From positions 1 through 25,814 of IMG/VR virus record IMGVR_UViG_3300038492_000581: a stretch of DNA of 25,814 bases. One strand, given 5' to 3'. Under the pieces are notes generated by a model. It was not told the DNA's origin. It did no database searches and saw only the letters and a program-made list of their open reading frames with translations. Below are positions 1 to 7,060 of this stretch, one piece after another. The stretch is from a virus (taxonomy: Duplodnaviria; Heunggongvirae; Uroviricota; Caudoviricetes). Numbering within the stretch: position 1 is the stretch's first letter; each line of letters starts with the position of its first letter. A program made the position numbers and the translations under genes.

Positions 1-17
1 GTTTCCCAGTCACGATC
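1..17 (+). other. Random-amplification (Round A/B, SISPA-type) primer tag; technical artefact
   Basis: The window begins with exactly GTTTCCCAGTCACGATC, the Round A/B primer B sequence, and it replaces the expected first half of the Nudix box. Confidence 0.9.
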
Positions 18-272
18 CAGGGTGGAGTAAGAGAGTTGAGGGAAGAGACTGGGATTGCAATCGAAGCTTGTAACCTTGTCCACGTTAATAACTACAGTCA
101 GCTCGATCGGAATCCAGGCGAGCGGGCTATTAATATTGTGTATCGCTATACCTTGAGAGGTAATGAGGAAATCAAGGTGGGGGATGACGCTGAAGCTTTT
201 AAGTTTGTTGACGTCAAGGAAGCAGAAGGGTTGGCTTTCGAGGGGTATGACGTGGCAGTGAGGATTCTCTAA
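18..272 (+). CDS. Nudix hydrolase, 5'-truncated
   Basis: The frame reads VRELREETG (the RExxEExG half of the Nudix box) and later GDDAEAFKFV. Stop TAA overlaps the next ATG. Confidence 0.8.
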   Translation, partial: QGGVRELREETGIAIEACNLVHVNNYSQLDRNPGERAINIVYRYTLRGNEEIKVGDDAEAFKFVDVKEAEGLAFEGYDVAVRIL

Positions 273-1228
273 TGAAAAAGATCGCGTACGTAGCGTTGAA
301 GTACGACTATGGAGTTCAAGATAAGGGTTTGTCGTACGAATCGAAGAATCTGGAGCCAGGCTTTCAGGCTTGTGTAGACGAAGGATTGTTTGAATTTAAG
401 TCTTACTATCCGGATGTCGAAGACACAAATTGGAATGATCTGATTTCCAAGATTGTTAGTTATGAGATTGATGCTATTTTTCACGTTGCTTTCAATGAGG
501 ATAAAGATCTTCCCGAGGGTGTTGCCTCGATCGCTTTAAAGAATGATATTCCAGTAATTCAATGGGATTGTGATGCAAGCTGGCGATTCGAAAACTTTAT
601 TAAAGGGCGTAAGAATAGAGTTAGTCACTTTGTCAGCACACACTCCAGTACTCTTGACTGGTACGAAAATAATGGGATGACCGTCATCAAGTCCCAGTGG
701 GCAGGTTCTCCTCTGTACACCAACTTGCCCAATCTTGAGAAGAAGTATGATGTTGGATTCTGTGGACAGAAACACGGAATCAGGGGCGAGATTGTTACGG
801 CAATGCATAATGCCGACATCGATCTTCATATGTTTGGATGGTACTGGGAGGGTTTTAAGAATGGGCATCCTCATACGCCTGAACTATCCGATATGCTGGA
901 CGTACTTCATCGTTCCAAAGTATGTTTGAATATGTCAAACCCTTGGCATGTGGGAACTATGCCGCAAATCAAAGGGCGACACTTTGGTATTCCCAAAGCA
1001 GGCGGATTTCAGATCACCACGCCTGCTGATAATTTGGAAGAGTACTTTGTCTTGGATAAAGAGATAGTGGTTGTAAATGATGTCGATGAGTTAATCGAGA
1101 AGACTCGGTATTATCTTGATCACGCGGACGAAAGATTAGCCATCGCTGAAGCAGGTCATCAGAGAACTATTACTGAGCACACTTGGCCTAATAGAATGCG
1201 ACACATCTTGGAATCAATTGGCCTATGA
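272..1228 (+). CDS. GT-B glycosyltransferase, CgeB/spore-maturation-like (Glyco_trans_1_2 type)
   Basis: C-terminal YDVGFCG...SKVCLN...R-F-x-IPKAGGFQIT...EYF..DKEIVV..DVDELIEK..YYLDH..ER..IAEAG..R...EHTW..R pattern typical of this family. Confidence 0.85.
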   Translation: MKKIAYVALKYDYGVQDKGLSYESKNLEPGFQACVDEGLFEFKSYYPDVEDTNWNDLISKIVSYEIDAIFHVAFNEDKDLPEGVASIALKNDIPVIQWDCDASWRFENFIKGRKNRVSHFVSTHSSTLDWYENNGMTVIKSQWAGSPLYTNLPNLEKKYDVGFCGQKHGIRGEIVTAMHNADIDLHMFGWYWEGFKNGHPHTPELSDMLDVLHRSKVCLNMSNPWHVGTMPQIKGRHFGIPKAGGFQITTPADNLEEYFVLDKEIVVVNDVDELIEKTRYYLDHADERLAIAEAGHQRTITEHTWPNRMRHILESIGL

Positions 1229-1800
1229 TTCGGACACAACTTAGAACGGGTAAGGTGCTGCTTTACCATGAAGGTGCGTTCTATGATCCTCGAAGTTTTC
1301 TTCAGAGTAATAATCGTATCTTTCCGGGCTCTTTCAACCCAGTTCATAATGGGCATATCGCGTGCGGCCAAGGTTGTATTTTTGAGATACCCAGAGCTAA
1401 TTATTACAAAGGTCCAGTGCCAGAAGACAATCTCATTCATCGAATTAAGATGTTGAGTCTTGTTGGAATTCCTGTTCTAATAACTAATGCTTTGAGTTAT
1501 ACGCAGAAAGACGAGACTCTGCGTAAAATTGTCGATCAAGACTACATCTATCGAATTGCCGGAGACACTTGGAATAAGTGCGTGTATCATGACATACAAA
1601 TGTTTGAGGGGGTGGAAGAATCATCATTTGAAGTTTCCCCTGTTGACGGCGAACAAGTTTTGATACCAAGTTTAGATTTGAACTTTAGGATAGTTGATAT
1701 ACCAAGATCCACAGTTCGAAGCACATCAATCAGACAGGCTGACTACAATGATATGCCGGAAGTTGTAGCTCAGTATATCAAAGAAAACAAAGTTTATTAA
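1225..1800 (+). CDS. HxGH-superfamily nucleotidyltransferase (NadD/cytidylyltransferase-like)
   Basis: FPGSFNPVHNGH (HxGH motif), GDT after a beta strand, and C-terminal RSTSIR (SSTxIR-like). ATGA overlap with the GT gene. Confidence 0.65.
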   Translation: MIRTQLRTGKVLLYHEGAFYDPRSFLQSNNRIFPGSFNPVHNGHIACGQGCIFEIPRANYYKGPVPEDNLIHRIKMLSLVGIPVLITNALSYTQKDETLRKIVDQDYIYRIAGDTWNKCVYHDIQMFEGVEESSFEVSPVDGEQVLIPSLDLNFRIVDIPRSTVRSTSIRQADYNDMPEVVAQYIKENKVY

Positions 1801-1801
1801 G

Positions 1802-2131
1802 TTGAGGGCTTGGCAAATGTGTGATTTAAGAAAGATAGCTTCGATATCTGTTTTGGGACAGATTATTCAGGTTGATGTTCCGTTGCGACTCGTGGAGGAA
1901 AACCATTATTTGTCGCCGGGCTTATACAGAAAGCAACTGTCTGGAATTCCTGTAGGAATTCCCTGTTCTACGACCACACAGTATTTTGATGGTAAAGTTT
2001 GGCGTGAAGAAGGTGATGGTTGGGAAGTACATGAATTAATTGTGCCGGCTGAAAATGTCAGAAGAAAATATAATGATCAAGAGATAATAGATGGATTGCG
2101 GGAAGCTCTTTTCAAAATATTGGGAGCATAG
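1802..2131 (+). CDS. Hypothetical protein (possibly continues by +1 frameshift to 2258)
   Basis: 109-aa ORF filling the operon gap. The start is uncertain (TTG 1802 or a nearby ATG). Confidence 0.55.
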   Translation: MRAWQMCDLRKIASISVLGQIIQVDVPLRLVEENHYLSPGLYRKQLSGIPVGIPCSTTTQYFDGKVWREEGDGWEVHELIVPAENVRRKYNDQEIIDGLREALFKILGA

Positions 2132-2258
2132 TCATACCTTTAACAATGAGGAAGATATAAATCAAGATAGTTGTTCTGGGTTCTTTGGACGGCATGGAGA
2201 GATAGCAAGACAGGCATTAAATAAGTTCCATGAGAGTACAACGAAAGGGAATTGTTAA
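2091..2258 (+). CDS. 55-aa ORF (MDCGKLFSKYWEH...GEIARQALNKFHESTTKGNC) or frameshifted C-terminus of the preceding gene
   Basis: Translated by hand; it is below the 60-aa track cutoff. Its TAA (2256-2258) abuts the gmd ATG at 2259. Confidence 0.4.
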   Translation: MDCGKLFSKYWEHSHTFNNEEDINQDSCSGFFGRHGEIARQALNKFHESTTKGNC

Positions 2259-3332
2259 ATGAATTCGAAAACTGCTGTAATAACGGGAGTTACCGGACAA
2301 GACGGAATGTACCTTGCTCACTATCTTCTGTCTTTGGGATATAGGGTAGTTGGCGTAAATCGTAGAACGTCCATGCCAACCGATCAAAGACTGAGAACAT
2401 TACGAGGTAGCCCAAATTTTGTGGTTGTTAGCGGCGATGTGACCGACATTAGTAGCATTCAGTCTGTCATAGAGAAATTTTCTCCGGATGAGCTGTATCA
2501 TTTAGCAGCCCAGTCGCACGTGGGCGAGTCTTGGAACTCTCCTATTTCTACTTCGGATATTACCGGGATAGGGACACTTAACTGTCTGGAAGCCATTCGT
2601 AAGGCCAAGCCGGAGTGTCGGTTCTACTTTGCTGGTAGTAGTGAGCAGTTTGGTAATTCGATCCGAAAGGATTATGTTTCGGAATACGAAGGGTGTAGAT
2701 CAATTGTGCCAATGAAAACTATGGCCGATTTAGAGGATCGTATGCTTAATGAGCGGTCTCCTATGCACCCAGAATCCCCTTACGCAGCAGCGAAGGTATT
2801 CGGGTACAATATGACCCATGTTTATCGTAGATCTTACGACATGTTTGCTTCTTGCGGAATTTTATTTAACCACGAATCGCCTATGAGAGGTGATCAATTT
2901 GTGACCCGGAAGATCACTTTGGGGCTTGCAAATGTACTGGCCGGAAATCAGGATTGTGTGAATCTGGGTAACCTAAGTGCTTGTCGGGACTGGGGTTTTG
3001 CCGGAGATTACGTCAAGGCCATGCACGCCATGCTCCAGCTTGACCATCCCGACGACTTCGTGATCGCTACTGGCGAGACTCACTCTGTGCAAGAATTTGT
3101 TGACATTGCTTCGGATTATATGGGCCTTAATAAGGGTACTATTAACGTGGACCCCAATCTATTCAGGCCGAAGGATGTTGATGTACTGATTGGTGACGCT
3201 TCCAAGGCCAAGAATATTCTGGGATGGGAAGCGACTACTTCGTTCGAAAGTCTGGTACACATGATGTGTGATCATGATAAGGCTTTTGTGAAGGGTCGCC
3301 TGGATATCGCTGATACTTTTTTGGGAGTGTAA
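2259..3332 (+). CDS. gmd: GDP-mannose 4,6-dehydratase
   Basis: TGVTGQDG (GxxGxxG), AAQSHV, SSE, YAAAK (YxxxK), GILFNHESP.RG..FVTRKI, LGNL...RDWG.AGDYV. Carries a ~25-aa insertion after SSEQFG. Confidence 0.95.
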   Translation: MNSKTAVITGVTGQDGMYLAHYLLSLGYRVVGVNRRTSMPTDQRLRTLRGSPNFVVVSGDVTDISSIQSVIEKFSPDELYHLAAQSHVGESWNSPISTSDITGIGTLNCLEAIRKAKPECRFYFAGSSEQFGNSIRKDYVSEYEGCRSIVPMKTMADLEDRMLNERSPMHPESPYAAAKVFGYNMTHVYRRSYDMFASCGILFNHESPMRGDQFVTRKITLGLANVLAGNQDCVNLGNLSACRDWGFAGDYVKAMHAMLQLDHPDDFVIATGETHSVQEFVDIASDYMGLNKGTINVDPNLFRPKDVDVLIGDASKAKNILGWEATTSFESLVHMMCDHDKAFVKGRLDIADTFLGV

Positions 3333-3333
3333 G

Positions 3334-3996
3334 ATGGATAATATGAAGGGGCAAGAAGAGTACGTCGTGACCGATAGGGATAAGCGACTGTACCGAGCCA
3401 ATAAAGAGCGTCGTCGTACGTCGGCTCGTGAATTGACAGAGGAAGAGACTAATCTTTTCTTGACTATTGTGGCAGAGCACCGTGGCAGCGGAGAGCTTGA
3501 AGTAAAACTTGGGCTTAGTCGTGCCGACGCAGAGGAGATTAAGGCTCGATTGGGTATTGATCTACCTCAAGACGCTCGATCTCTACTTAATCGAAGGGCG
3601 GAGGAGAATATCGAACGCACTGAAGCAGAGATGCAGAAGAGACGTCTCGCGGCTAAGGCGGAGCAACGTGAACGTCAGGCTCGACAAAATGCTATGGACG
3701 ATCAGAGCCGAGTACTCAAAGTCGATGATGGCAACCTCCAAATGAGCAGCCAGCAGGCTAAAAGTGAATGGCGTGAACGAGAGAAGCGTGCAAGCAGAGA
3801 ACAAGTTAAGGCAGAAGAATCTGCTTGGCGTCTACCAAGAGGCGAAGAATTTGAGATTGTTGACCGCTTTAAGACGGATATTCTTATTCGTGGAATGCGT
3901 TTTTGTGTCGACAAATATGGTATAGAAGCTAAGGACATCCGAGCCGAGGCCGAGCGTCTTGGGCTTGGAATTGATTGGAGTTTGATACATCGATGA
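3334..3996 (+). CDS. Hypothetical charged, coiled-coil-rich protein
   Basis: 220-aa ORF rich in E/R/K, abutting both neighbours. Confidence 0.7.
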   Translation: MDNMKGQEEYVVTDRDKRLYRANKERRRTSARELTEEETNLFLTIVAEHRGSGELEVKLGLSRADAEEIKARLGIDLPQDARSLLNRRAEENIERTEAEMQKRRLAAKAEQRERQARQNAMDDQSRVLKVDDGNLQMSSQQAKSEWREREKRASREQVKAEESAWRLPRGEEFEIVDRFKTDILIRGMRFCVDKYGIEAKDIRAEAERLGLGIDWSLIHR

Positions 3997-4265
3997 TAAC
4001 TATAAGAAAAATTAAGAGGGCAATTAAAGCTGCCATCAGTCAATATCGAGCAGATACAGTTTTTGAAAATTTTGATTTTGCTGAATTGGCTCGTGGGCTA
4101 ACCAGTCGTCCGTATGAATTGGAAGGTCTGAGTTCATCACAAAATATCAAATTATATAGTTTGTATGATTTGATAGATGAATGTAAAAAGCAGGGTGTTG
4201 ATTGCAAGACCGTTGGGGACACAATCAGTAAGCTGCAAAATGATGAGGTTTTTGTTTCCAAGTGA
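3993..4265 (+). CDS. Hypothetical protein
   Basis: ATG 3993 overlaps the upstream TGA (ATGA); this is the likely start within track ORF 3975..4265. Confidence 0.6.
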   Translation: MITIRKIKRAIKAAISQYRADTVFENFDFAELARGLTSRPYELEGLSSSQNIKLYSLYDLIDECKKQGVDCKTVGDTISKLQNDEVFVSK

Positions 4266-4981
4266 TTAGGGGGCAACACGTTCTTCTGAGTATTCTATGT
4301 ACTATGGTTAATGACGCCAAACTAAAAACCGAATACCTTAGAGGCAAATCTGTCTCGGAGGTAGCCAAGATTGTTGGTTGTTCAAAAGCCACAGCTTATC
4401 GCCACCTCCGAGACATGGGAGTAATCCGTGACAAATCGAAGGCACAAAAAAACTATCAGACTAAGCACGGCCATCAGAGGAAGGGTTCTTCCCACGATGA
4501 GGCAAGTCGTGAACGCATTAGAAAATCTCAATCGGAGTTTTGGGGAAGCGACAAGAGCGATGAAGCTCGTGCAAAAATATCTGAAACACGAAAAAATGAG
4601 TGGAGAAGCTTGACTCCACGAGGCAAAAAAGCTATAGTAGATCAACTCACCGCTGCGTCTCGACCGAAGAAGGGCGAACTCTCTAAATTTGCCACAGCAT
4701 TCATTGGCTACGCCGAAGATCGAGAGCCGGTCCGCACAGGCATTTTCATAGCAGGCAAAAGATCCGCGGGCATACTGTTTATCGATCGCGGCATAGTAGT
4801 TGAAATCGTGCAACCACGGTTTGGTCTCTCTGAGTTACATAGAAAAGAGAGAGATGAGCTAAATCGCAGAGGTCTACACCTCATATTAGTTTTGAACAAT
4901 TCTAACTCTGTTTCTCAGTCTCGATGTCAAAGATTGTACGAACAGATTAACAACGAAGTTGAAGTTTTGGAGCTTGATTGA
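4262..4981 (+). CDS. HTH + NUMOD3-like repeats + degenerate Vsr/DUF559-like endonuclease domain
   Basis: N-terminal HTH (KSVSEVAKIVGCSKATAYRHL), HDEASRERIRKS and SDEARAKISETRK NUMOD3-like motifs, and a C-terminal DUF559-like pattern lacking the acidic/His catalytic residues. Confidence 0.55.
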   Translation: MIRGQHVLLSILCTMVNDAKLKTEYLRGKSVSEVAKIVGCSKATAYRHLRDMGVIRDKSKAQKNYQTKHGHQRKGSSHDEASRERIRKSQSEFWGSDKSDEARAKISETRKNEWRSLTPRGKKAIVDQLTAASRPKKGELSKFATAFIGYAEDREPVRTGIFIAGKRSAGILFIDRGIVVEIVQPRFGLSELHRKERDELNRRGLHLILVLNNSNSVSQSRCQRLYEQINNEVEVLELD

Positions 4982-5721
4982 TGACGGAAGAGAACGAGAT
5001 TGATGTGTCGGAAGAGCTGCTCGCCACGCGAGAGAGACCGGGCTTGATGGGTGGCATAGAAAAGGTTCCCAGCAAACTTCTTTCGAGAGACTGGAATGAG
5101 GAGCTTGAGGATGAGGACTGTGTTATTCAGGAGGGACGACGCCTTCCTACTCTCAAGGGTCTGCAAAAGCTCGCACGCCAAGCCGGATGGAACGGAAGTG
5201 ATTCAAACATCATAATTGGCGGAGATGGACGGCTGGTGAGTGCAACCGTCACTGTTGCTTTTGAAGATGGGTCAGTGTTTTCGGGTTCTGGCGATTGTAA
5301 CAAGAATAATTCCAAACCTCCATACTCCTATTATCCTACCGCCGTTGCCGAGTCTCGTGCGATGGCTCGGGCACTCAAAATTGCACTTGGGATCTTTGAG
5401 CTGACTGCCGAAGAGATTGGTTTTGGCGACGCGTTGTCAGGATTTTCTTCTTCAAGCGGCAAGGCGGTAAAGGTTAAGATAGACCCCGCTCAGATTAAGG
5501 CTGTTGAAGTGGCATTGCAGCGTCGTAAGATGGACTTTATTACTGTTGCCCAAGAGGTATTGGAAGAGCGGGCAGATGAGCTTACCAGTCTTGCTGATTT
5601 GACTTCCAAAGAAGGTCGGGATATTCTGTCATTTTTGAATAGCAAGAGTGTTGAAGATAATGTTGCAACGTCGAGAACTGCTCGCAAGAAAGAACTCAAG
5701 AAGCAGCTTGAAGAGGGTTAA
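4978..5721 (+). CDS. Putative single-strand annealing protein (Rad52/Sak/Erf-like)
   Basis: LKGLQKLA...ATVTVAFEDG..FSGSGD...AVAESRAMARALKIALGI...AEEI core, plus a C-terminal AQIKA...LT..E...I..L helical domain, as in phage SSAPs. Confidence 0.6.
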   Translation: MMTEENEIDVSEELLATRERPGLMGGIEKVPSKLLSRDWNEELEDEDCVIQEGRRLPTLKGLQKLARQAGWNGSDSNIIIGGDGRLVSATVTVAFEDGSVFSGSGDCNKNNSKPPYSYYPTAVAESRAMARALKIALGIFELTAEEIGFGDALSGFSSSSGKAVKVKIDPAQIKAVEVALQRRKMDFITVAQEVLEERADELTSLADLTSKEGRDILSFLNSKSVEDNVATSRTARKKELKKQLEEG

Positions 5722-5724
5722 GAG

Positions 5725-6246
5725 ATGCAGAGACCGTTAAGAGTATACAAACCAAATGCTGGAGGCAATGGATCAGCATTTCAGTTTAGCTATGGATTGA
5801 AACGTAAGGCTAAGGGTCCCGCTGAACCCGTTATGTTCATTGAGGCTACCAAGCAAGCAGGCCCAAAACCTAAGCCGGGCAGCTCTGAATCGTGTTTTGA
5901 CTGGTCCGATGAGAAGAAGACCGTTGTTATGATGAACACTGATGAGCTTGCACAGATTGTAGCGTTTATTACTGGACTTGATCGGGTTCGGCCTGGACGC
6001 GATGGAAAGCCGGATTTTTCGCGGAAGTTTTTTCATAAGCATGAGAGCGGCGACAAGTCTATTACTATTACCAAGCCGAACCCGAATGACGAAAATGATA
6101 AGTGGCAGAATTGGAAGATTTCGATCTCCAAAGGTAAGGGCGATTTCATTCAGACGTTCATGACTGCTGGCGAAGTCTACGCCCTTAAGCTGCTCTGTGA
6201 AAAGATTATTACTGAGTACTTTGGTCGGCCAATTTTGAGGAAGTGA
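5725..6246 (+). CDS. Whirly/PC4-fold ssDNA-binding protein (putative)
   Basis: VYK...G.AF, FDWSDEKKTVVMMNTDELAQI, FFH, KSITI, W.IS and MTAGEVYALKLL...I..YFG align by eye with plant Whirly IYKGKAAL, YDWSRKQ.FSLSVTEIG.I, EFFHD, KVLKV, FFNLS and VTKAEFAVL..AF......LLG. Confidence 0.6.
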   Translation: MQRPLRVYKPNAGGNGSAFQFSYGLKRKAKGPAEPVMFIEATKQAGPKPKPGSSESCFDWSDEKKTVVMMNTDELAQIVAFITGLDRVRPGRDGKPDFSRKFFHKHESGDKSITITKPNPNDENDKWQNWKISISKGKGDFIQTFMTAGEVYALKLLCEKIITEYFGRPILRK

Positions 6247-6247
6247 A

Positions 6248-6772
6248 ATGAATAATCCCCAAATAATTCAGTTCAATATCTTGTCAGAAGACGCTCGTCT
6301 TCCGACGAAAAATGATCCGGACGATCTCTGTTTTGATTTCTACGCCGCCGAAGATGCAACAATTTTTCCCGGCCAGACTGTTATGCTGACGTTTGGCTTG
6401 CGTGCGATTCTTCCGCAAGGTTTCGGCTTCGAAATCAAAGAGAGAAGTGGGCTTGCCAATAAGGGTATTATTGTTGGTGGTGGCGAGATTGATCAGGGAT
6501 ACCGTGGTGAATGGAAGGTAATCTTGCGGTACAACGCACCAAGAAGTACTGCTGATCCATCAACCGAATTGATTCTCGGTGCCAGAATTGGCAGCCAAAC
6601 ACCTATCCAGTTCAAAGGTAAGCCTTTTGAAATCAAAAAGGGTGATCGTGTTGCTCAGGGGCGTCTTGTTCGTATGATTGACACTCAAGTCAAGGAGATC
6701 TCTGATGAAAAGTTCGAGCGGATCGAGAAGACAGCCAGAGGCGAGCGAGGTTTCGGATCAAGCGGCCGATGA
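6248..6772 (+). CDS. dut: Trimeric dUTPase
   Basis: FDFYA, ERSGLA, GEIDQGYRGE, GDRVAQ and RGERGFGSSG (motifs 1-5). Confidence 0.95.
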   Translation: MNNPQIIQFNILSEDARLPTKNDPDDLCFDFYAAEDATIFPGQTVMLTFGLRAILPQGFGFEIKERSGLANKGIIVGGGEIDQGYRGEWKVILRYNAPRSTADPSTELILGARIGSQTPIQFKGKPFEIKKGDRVAQGRLVRMIDTQVKEISDEKFERIEKTARGERGFGSSGR

Positions 6773-7058
6773 CCGAACTCGTATTTGGTTTTGTCCACAG
6801 TGCGACAAGCAGAGGCTCGGTCTTCCTATGGGCGTCGAGCCCGATCGATCTCTTGTTGATGTAGAGACGCCTTCAGGAAAGATCGTACAGCTTTATAAAA
6901 ATGTTTGTGGATACTGTGAACGTAAGTATCTCGACAAATATTTCAATGCCGAGAAGAAGGCTGATAAGAAAATTGTTGAGGCCGTCAAAGATCTTGTAGA
7001 GAGTGGTGAAACAGATACTACTCTTCCTGATGGTCGTTCGCTTGAGGAGCTTTTGTAA
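6678..7058 (+). CDS. Hypothetical zinc-ribbon protein (start uncertain)
   Basis: CPQC...CGYC pairs. The in-frame starts overlap dut substantially; see the frameshift finding. Confidence 0.6.
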   Translation: MTLKSRRSLMKSSSGSRRQPEASEVSDQAADDRTRIWFCPQCDKQRLGLPMGVEPDRSLVDVETPSGKIVQLYKNVCGYCERKYLDKYFNAEKKADKKIVEAVKDLVESGETDTTLPDGRSLEELL

Positions 7059-7060
7059 AA

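Noticed and set aside
1-17. Similarity to the M13 forward primer/lacZ-alpha (vector contamination)
   Set aside because: Only 14 nt match M13(-40), whereas all 17 nt match the Round A/B primer. No further vector sequence follows.
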